A stretch of DNA of 63,465 bases, filler included. It is 7 parts of 7 records of this genome, joined end to end, with 100 filler letters (N's around TTAATTAATTAA, not from the genome) between each part and the next. Parts side by side here need not be neighbours in the genome. Positions count along the whole stretch, not along the records: positions 44,916 to 58,181 come from SRR2962707_3732; positions 58,282 to 63,465 come from SRR2962707_3733; 5 more parts are not named here. One strand, 5' to 3'. The notes beneath the pieces are model-generated. The model was not told the origin of the DNA. It saw only the letters and a program-made list of their open reading frames with translations, and ran no database searches. This document shows positions 53,201 through 63,465 of the stretch, in pieces; position 1 is the stretch's first letter; each line of letters opens with the position of its first letter. Position numbers and translations under genes: made by a program.

Positions 53201-56200
53201 GCTGCACTCGAATCTCGTCGTTCATCGAGGTGAGCATTTCAGTTGAGCCAACAAGTCGTCTGTCAAGGCATGCGGTTCAAAGACCGTCAACACGGACGAG
53301 CAAGGACGTGCGTGCATGTAGAAAACTGAAGGAAACATTGGCGAAACTGTACCTCGCAATCCACTCCCGAGGTAGACCAGATGCAGTTTGCGAGCTCGGC
53401 GGCACTTCAAGGGGGGCAAGCGGAGACACTTTTTGCGCCAGACTAAGCGTCTTTTGATGCACTTTCTGACCAAGGTCCCCGTGCAAAACTAGTGGAGCTG
53501 CATGGTGGCACCTCAAAGAGGAAAACATTTCCAAGTACGGATCCATTGTCTGGAGTAACAAAGCAAAAGATGACGTTCTGTATAGTGGAGCCAATCGCGC
53601 ACGATGCTCGGCAATGGGACCACCATCAATTTCCCCAAAATCCTCTTCTACTTATCATTCAAAGTAATCACAAGCGCACAAATTCCAATTCAGCAGCGGA
53701 CAAATCAGCACATGTCTTACACGTCGGGATTTGCTCATGAATATTTTCGCGAAAAACAACGCTCGCACAAGTTGTCGCCAGTACAAACCTTCATTAGTTG
53801 TCCCAAAATGCTTGGACGCCAGTAAAAGCAGCAAGTCAGTGAATTCCGCAAATCGTAAGGCTCCCTGACTTTCTTGGGAACCCAACGTCTGACTGCGACC
53901 GGATCTACCTCCGTCTGCGCTTGTCTGACGCTCGGTCGATTCTGCGTCAGGATCCCCGAGGGATACGGAGCGAGGCCCGATAGCGCGCTTTCGCGCGTCG
54001 AACAAAACCTTGGCACAATCAAATATTGCTGAATTCAGGCCAGGGTCTCAAAGCAGCAAACGCATAAATGTCGTTCAGTTGAGACCAACAAGGCGTGTGC
54101 ACACTCACATCACTGATCATGGTCGTTAGAGTGTCGTAAAATAGGATGCCGCCGCCACCGACCTTGCGTCGTTGCGCAGGTGGAAGTCTTCGCGATGATT
54201 CTGCCGTCACTACGAGCCGAGAACGTGAAATTGATGGTGAACAGCGCCGCAACCCAAGCAGAATTAGGCGCAGAAAACAACAACCACACATCGGCAGTGT
54301 CAACGACCAACACCCACAAGCATTTGAAAGAAAAACCAACTTACATGCTGACTTGCGATTATGCAAAGATGGCACACTGCTTGGCACTAGCACATGAAAA
54401 TCAATAAAGAGCTCCACAAGCCGATCTTTTGAGCACCATTCGGCGGCTTGGGCGCGCACTTGCCTCATTTGCTGCTCTTGCTCGCGGTGTCGGTGGGCCC
54501 CACGCGAGGCAGCCCCTCCCGGAGTGCTTAAAGTTGGAGGTGCCCATGCTGCATAGTAGTCACTGTAGTAATACTGTTCCTTGCTGCCGGCTGCATCGTT
54601 TGCTCGACGAGCGTACGGATCAGAAATCGTGGTGCTCTTCGTGTGAGTCGCTGACGTCAAAGCGTCAACGGAATTCGACGCATAGTCACGAAATAAGGCC
54701 CGCAATGGTCCAGCCTTAGAACAACCAACAAATACAGAGTAAAAATGCCAAGAACAGCAATAATGGTAACAACAGGGAGCCACACATGATCAATAATGCA
54801 AGTCGCGACCCACCTCTTGTCGAAGAATGCTGATGGTCACAGGATCGTTCAGAATTTCGCGAATCCCATGACACGCGTTTCGACGGTCGGTGCAGGGAAG
54901 CGAAGCGACACAATTTTCCCAAAACACACGCTCCAACACTGACGACCCAAGCGATGCATGTGTGCGCTCAAATTGTGTCAATAAGACTTCCCTTACAGCA
55001 GCTCGAAACGCCGGGTATGGTGCGCCAGCTGTGTCATCAGAAAAAGGGCTTACCTGTTTCCGCAAGTTGTGCAGCGAACCATTCATTGTCAAATGCACCT
55101 GTGTGTTCGGCTTGGCCAAATTTGAGTTCGAAAGTTACAGACGCATTGCGCATCAAAACAAACCAGGATGCTCCGAACGATTCGGTGTCGTTGTGCATGC
55201 TCCTCAAACAGCCGAGCTGCTGCTGCGTAAGTTAGCTGGGGTGCTGACATCGGCGATGATTGGGAAGTGGATGCTGGTTCTGGAGATGGCAGCGTCAGTC
55301 CAGCGTCGCGAAGAAACCACAGAAAAGCTGGAAGCTGCATTTGGTTGCTACTTGAACTACCGTCACGATATTCAAACTGCTGCTGTCTGGGCTGTTCCGT
55401 CGCATTATTGCCGCCAGTTATGTGTTTCGAGACTTGAATTGGAGATTCACTGTACAAGGCATGCGCCGACATCGTTTCTTGACCTTGATGAGAATAAGTA
55501 CTGAGGCGAGTGGTGCAGTACAGGTCGTAAACCTCCACAATGTCCTCTTCATGTGTCTTGAGCGGGTTGTAGTGGTGGCCGAGCTGACTGCTGTGGGCCA
55601 TTGGAAGAGCAAGATTCACCGTTTCATCATTTTTTCGATGGTTTTGGTCAGACTTTCTTGGATGTGGAGGAGTATGGGCGGATTCGGTTGCGTCAAGTGC
55701 CTTCTTGGGAACGTTTTGCAATTTCTCCTCTTGACTGTTCGCTTCCACTACTGGGGCTTGTAAGCGTTTAACTTTTTCAAGCAGCATCACAAGGTTCCAA
55801 CGACACAGAGCCAGCAAAAATAAATTTCCATGTTCAATACAACAAAAAAACGAGCGCCAATCGTTATGGGGTAGGCAAGCTGCGACGTACGTGGTTGAGG
55901 AGAAATTTTGAACATAGGCAAACTGGTATTCAAATGGGCCAATAGTTGTTCAACGATCCGGCCAGGTGACGCGGGAACGTTGCTGAAAATGATATGTTGT
56001 GCCAAGTACGAAGTACGATGCATTGCAAAAATCACAAATGATGAACCTCAAATCCAGAGCATCTTAATCATCCCAACGGGCGGCAAGATTCACCAACCTT
56101 TGCAAAACTTGGTGCTTCGTCGACAAAGCGGGAACGGGCGCCACGTACAGAAGAATGTCAATGAATTCGCTCAGACTTATTGTTTGCGCCTGTGCAGGTA

Positions 56201-57874
56201 TCCATAGGCTCTGAATGTAAAAGATAGAGACAAGGACAGACGAAGGGACACAATTTTGCACGTAAGAAGCAAGATCCTAACGGTTGACTCACAATCAGAG
56301 CGTGGCGAGTTTTAAGTAGTTCCGGCACTGCTGTTGCAGTTTCTGCACCGTGACGATGTGCTCGAATAACCGAGGCAAGAATATCATTTAGTCGACTGGC
56401 AGATACAAGATCGGGACAACTTGTCCAATTCGTGGCAGCAAAGTGCATAGCAGAGAAAGAACACGGCGAAAGGCACAGTAAAGCCACAATACAGGAGAGG
56501 GAAGGGCATGCGTCGAACGTCGGAGAGATGAGGTAGCGCCAATCATTCGAAGTCCCAAATATGGACAGGTACTTACATTCTCCACTCGGAAGCAAACGCT
56601 TCAAGAGCAGGAAGGCTCATGCGGGGCCTTGGAGCACGAGCTAGTGGAGGTTGAGCTCCGCTCCAAGTTTTCGAATTTCCGGCAACCGCTGGCTCAGCGA
56701 CACTGTTTGACGACGATGCATTGACTTCATCATCAAAACAGTCAAAGGCAACGACGGCATAGCGAGCAAAGAGTTCTTCCAGTCCTGCCTGGTGCTGCAG
56801 CAAAACAGATAGCGCGTCACGGTCACTCAGCAGCTTGCGTGCCATGTGGAAACCGTCATTGGCCTGTGTTCGAGCATCTGTGTCTTGGGCATCAGCTTTG
56901 ACGGGCAACACAAAGCGCAGCAATAGATTCTGCATTGCCTCGTTCGGAACGTTGCGGGGCGAATGCAATTCAGCACAGGCTCGCAACTGTGAGTAAAAAG
57001 CTTCGTAAGAACTTTGGTTTGGGTTTGCTGTTTGGCCGTAGCCTGGCTGACGAAATGTGGGTTTTGGTGCTCCTTGGAGTCCGATCCGGATCAAATCAAA
57101 AATGCATATCCGCTCACTGCGCAGCAGACAAAGTCCACGAGCAAGACGAATGAACGACTCAAAGCCGTTGTGTCCAGCAGTAGCCGACCGTTCAGGGTCG
57201 AAGTATCTTTCGTAGAGCGCAAGCAACTTCTGAGCAATGGCTTGCAGCTGTGTTTGAAGGATTGGTGCCTCATTGACAGTGCCACTTGCATGGATTGGGC
57301 GCGGATTGGCGGAGAGCTCCCTGCGATTCACCCCCACCTCACCTGTGGCATGCCGGCTTTCCCGTCGACTTTCGCGAAGCTGTTGTGTGGTCTCAGCGTC
57401 TCGGTAGTTTCGAGAACTCGCTGCCAATGTTCGCAGGCTGGCCGCAGGATGAAAATCGTTTGCAGACACGAACGAATCTTGAGCTTCTGGGCCACGAAAC
57501 GGTGCTGCTGGTGCTGCTGGTGCTGCACGGTGGATATCTGGCACAGAGTCTTGTACGAAGCCGGAAGAAAGATGCACTCCACCACTGCTGCTGGCGGCTG
57601 CCTGAGAATCCATAAAATGTGCGAAATCTTCAAACTCAATGCTTCCACTTTGATTGACATCCATAAGCGTGAACAGCGACTTGACTTCGTCAGCACTGAG
57701 CTTCGCGAGCTTCTTGATGACATGCTTGAACTCTACCCAGTCAAGTCGCCCGTCGCGGTCCCTGTCCAGGCGACGGAAACCGACACCCAAGTTTCTGCCC
57801 TTGATTGTGTACGTGCTCGCGGTCAGCTTGTTCACAAGCCGCTTCAGCGTTTGGGGGTGAATCATGAAGTCCAT
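47270..57874 (-). CDS. Large multi-exon protein with N-terminal EF-hand pair and many degenerate EF-hand/p25alpha-like repeats
   Basis: First exon ~57874-56577 (donor GTAAGT) has DRDRDGRLDWVE and DVNQSGSIEFED; chain of overlapping minus-strand ORF segments down to stop at 47270. Full exon map not resolved; could be more than one gene. Confidence 0.6.
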
Positions 57875-58157
57875 CACCGAGTAGAGAGCGAGCGAGTGCA
57901 AGCTCACGACTGCTGGGGCACTAGCAACTTCGAGCAAGGTTGTCCATTCACAGCCGATGGATTCCCCAACGAAAAGGCAAAAAAACACAAAAAAAAAATG
58001 TTGGGACACGTCCCGACAAAACGCCAAGCTTGGCCGAGAGTGACAGAAACTGTGTCCAAGTGAGGACTTATTTGGTGAGAGGGTTCTGCTGAGAAGCTGT
58101 GAACAAGCGAGAAGGGAGCGCGTGAGTGAGGAAAATGGGTTGAGCGATGGGGAAAGG

Positions 58158-58181
58158 GTGAGTGAGTGAGTGAGTGAGTGA
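58158..58181 (+). repeat. (GTGA)n microsatellite at contig end
   Basis: Six tandem GTGA units before the N spacer. Confidence 0.9.
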
Positions 58182-58281
58182 NNNNNNNNNNNNNNNNNNN
58201 NNNNNNNNNNNNNNNNNNNNNNNNNTTAATTAATTAANNNNNNNNNNNNNNNNNNNNNNNNNNNNNNNNNNNNNNNNNNNN
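58182..58281. other. Artificial contig-joining spacer 6
   Basis: N-run + TTAATTAATTAA + N-run. Confidence 0.98.
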
Positions 58282-58306
58282 CTTTCTTTCTTTCTTTCTT
58301 TCTTTC
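58282..58306 (+). repeat. (CTTT)n microsatellite at contig start
   Basis: Tandem CTTT units. Confidence 0.85.
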
Positions 58307-58347
58307 CTTCTATCTTTATTTCTTGCTCAAGTTGTTTCGTTCCGCCA

Positions 58348-59893
58348 ATGTCCATGCTGCGGCATTCCCGCTCTTTGGTGGGAAACGCCGGCGCTGTGTT
58401 GATGAGCAGAGTGTTGGCTTTCAACCACTGCCTCCTGAGGAGGAACGGTTCCTGCAGGACTTCAACCAAGTTCTCGTCCCTTCTTTCTCATGGGGTGAGT
58501 GAGAGAGCTCAGTTTCATTCTTCTCATCCCCCGCGCCACGGGGCACTGTTCGTAGCCTGTACAACTGCGAACACGAGACCCGGCTCCCCAGCGTGGTGTC
58601 GCAGGTTGTTGTCCTCAGAACCCCCGTATCGTCAACCGCTCAAAAAAGCCGCCCCTTCCTCAATTCCTTCGCCACCTTCGTCGTCAGTGGGCGAAGACCA
58701 GGCCAAGGCACCAGAAGACGAGGTCAAAAAGGAAGTTGAAGAGCTGTACTACACGTTCGGGCCACTGCGTATGAGGCAGGTGAACGTGAATTTTCCGAAT
58801 TTCCTGACAGTTGTGCGGATTGCAATGGCCTTGCCGGTCGGCTACCTGTTCTACGCCGGACACCACGAGCTCGCCTTCTACGGTTTCTTCGTGGCGGGAG
58901 CATGTGACTTTTTCGACGGCTATTTCGCACGCAAATGGAACCAAAAGACGGTGGGTCATCCATCCGCTGTGTTCGAAAGAGCCGGCGCTGTTCGTTGTTG
59001 AGCCAACTCGTTCTGAAGCTTTACACGGAAAACTCGGTTGAAATAGGCCATTGTGACCTGCGATTTGGCACGCCTGTTTGTAAATTTGATAGGTGCTTGG
59101 AGCCATGCTTGATCCTGCGGCAGACAAGTTGTTGGTGGCTTCACTTGCCTTGCCGATGGCCATTACAGGCGCGATTCCGTTGTGGCTATGTGCGCTCATT
59201 GTTGGTCGAGATGTGGGGCTGATGGCCGTCGGGTTTTGGCATCGCTTCAAAACACGAGCAAGTGGCGATGCGTGCATTGCAGTTGCAGAATGTATATTTG
59301 GTGAACTTGAGGGGAGTTGCATTGCAAGCGTCGTGGTCTTATTCCTTTCGTGTTGTTTTTGTTTCCTAGACGCCAGGGTCCTTCCTTTTCGACACCAAAG
59401 AAGTCAATTTCACTGTTGAGGCAACGAACCTGAGCAAGGCAAGATCGCAATCCAAGCTACTTTCCCGTTTACTTTGTCAATTTGTGACTCCTGTCCCTTG
59501 CACCGCTTGAGATCGTGCTCGGTTCACTGCATCATTGCTGCAAAATGTCAAGAATGTTTGTGCTTTTTTTTGTGATTTGACTGTGTTTCTTTCAGTTAAA
59601 TATGGCTTTGCAATCTCTTTTGATAATGAGCACCCTGACACATGCAGCATTTGAATTTCCTGCCATAGAGCCGTTGTCGTACGTGTTTACTTGACTGCAT
59701 TTTTCACGATGGTTTGTGCACGCCCTTTTCCTGTACCGGTATGTTGCTGGGTTTAAGAGCTTCACCCGTTTCTCGATGACATGACAGATATCTACAATAT
59801 GCTGTTGGCGCAACAACAGCGGGATCGTGGTTGCAATATACTTACATATTCTTTCACGGAGACGCCTACAAAAACCGAGACGACGTGGAGTAG
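58348..59893 (+). CDS. CRLS1: Mitochondrial cardiolipin synthase (CDP-alcohol phosphatidyltransferase), 5 exons
   Basis: Exons 58348-58950, 59093-59257, 59370-59438, 59596-59678, 59788-59893 (exon 2/3 junction uncertain); Arg/Ser-rich presequence; NFPNFLTVVR, DFFDGYFARKWNQKT-VLGAMLDPAADK, LSK-LNMALQ, ATTAGSWLQY. Confidence 0.85.
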
Positions 59894-60061
59894 CTGTCGC
59901 TTGCCAGGAGCGATTTGATTGTCTGGTGCCACGACGCTTTTTCCAAAGCAAAAAGACTGGCCATTCGCACAGACACGAATGTAATATTTTAAAACCTTCC
60001 GCCCTTTCCGGCTGAATACGAGAATCCTTCATATCGTAGGATTAGGTCGTCGACAAGCAAA

Positions 60062-62585
<2,524 letters not shown>

Positions 62586-63435
62586 CGTGTCAAAGAAATA
62601 GGAATGAACTGAGACGGACGCAAGGCACCACGCCACGAAGAAACCACGCACTGCACGCACTGATTCTTGCCAGGCAGATGGCGCGACGAGACTCTGAGGT
62701 ACGTCGAACGAAGATGCTTTGCCTTCACCAGTCCAAAACCAGCGGGCTTGAACTCGAGTTGCCGAAGGCTCGCGACTACGAGCGTATGGTGCAAGTGGGA
62801 TTGGTCCAGCAGAGACAGAGGGCTTTTGTCAATCAGAGGCAGCAGGCACGATATATGGTACGACAGGTGGTGTGTGCGTAGGTGCTGAGGACAGTCAAAA
62901 CAGAAGCAGCTTGGCGTCTCTACAACTCAGAAGAGCGAAGAGGGGGGGGGGGGTACCCTCGAGAAACTTTCTGAGTTGGTAGTTTCTGTTTTTTTGAACG
63001 TACTAGCGAACCTCAGGCAAACCCGTCTAGATTGAGCAGGGCACTGTCGTCGCAGGGCGGCGCGAAGGGAGTTAGCGAGGGAACCGTCCAGCATGCAGAG
63101 TTCATCCAAAGGCACAAAGCACGAGCACATAAAGCACAGGAATGAAAACGCAATCTACCACCGGTATAAAGACATGGGTCGCGCACTGAAAGCGCGACAA
63201 ATTCCTTGGAAACAACACTGGACGTACTCTGATGAACTTCCAGAAACTCGATCGCGATGAAGCAAATGTGTCGCTCCTTCTCCTCCCTTCCTCCTCCTCA
63301 GCAGAACGTGCGAGAAGCTCGGGCCGTAGGACGGACACAAGACGCAACGACTTCCTACAAGCAGAAAGGGGCGAAGACAAAGAAGGGAAGACACTTGTGC
63401 TGTACTCTCCAGGCAGTCAGAAGCAGCGGCAGCAG

Positions 63436-63465
63436 GGAGGAGGAGGAGGAGGAAGAGGAGGAGGA
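63436..63465 (+). repeat. (GGA)n microsatellite at window end
   Basis: Near-perfect GGA tandem run. Confidence 0.85.

Noticed and set aside
62586..63465. Short ORFs upstream of PRP4 kinase
   Set aside because: No motifs; more likely 5' UTR, intron or promoter sequence

Overview
This window is not one locus. It is seven unrelated contigs joined by six artificial 100-nt spacers (N-run + TTAATTAATTAA + N-run). (1) 1-14039, high-GC alphaproteobacterium: Liv-type ABC transporter, ibpA with sigma32 promoter and ROSE thermometer, Pat-type acyl-CoA ligase/GNAT fusion, hybrid histidine kinase facing an Hpt gene, threonine aldolase, tandem VOC protein, partial gltB. (2) 14140-21814, Bacteroidota: two tandem MacB/FtsX-type permeases and a dnaE with an N-terminal DEDDh exonuclease. 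(3) 21915-32249, Rhodobacteraceae-like: ABC importer, hydantoin/allantoin racemase, SnoaL protein and PuuE-like hydrolase, then aldehyde dehydrogenase with a GAF-Fis regulator, a DadA-like oxidoreductase and a peptide-binding protein. (4) 32350-37584, alphaproteobacterium: hppD, TRAP transporter, IclR, MarR, hmgA. (5-7) 37685-63465, intron-containing eukaryotic DNA, probably a stramenopile-like protist: a giant disordered PH-like protein with eight HxRxxS motifs, a J-domain gene, an SH3-SH3-RING protein, a ~10.6 kb EF-hand/p25alpha-like repeat gene, cardiolipin synthase with GC-AG intron(s), and PRP4 kinase. No CRISPR array, tRNA, rRNA or transposase was seen. No single spectacular new system is evident. 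The best leads are the TRAP importer inside the homogentisate pathway, the ureide-like catabolic operon, the CtrA-boxed kinase/Hpt pair, the structured gltB leader and the HxRxxS protein. All calls are by eye and from remembered motifs; no searches were run.
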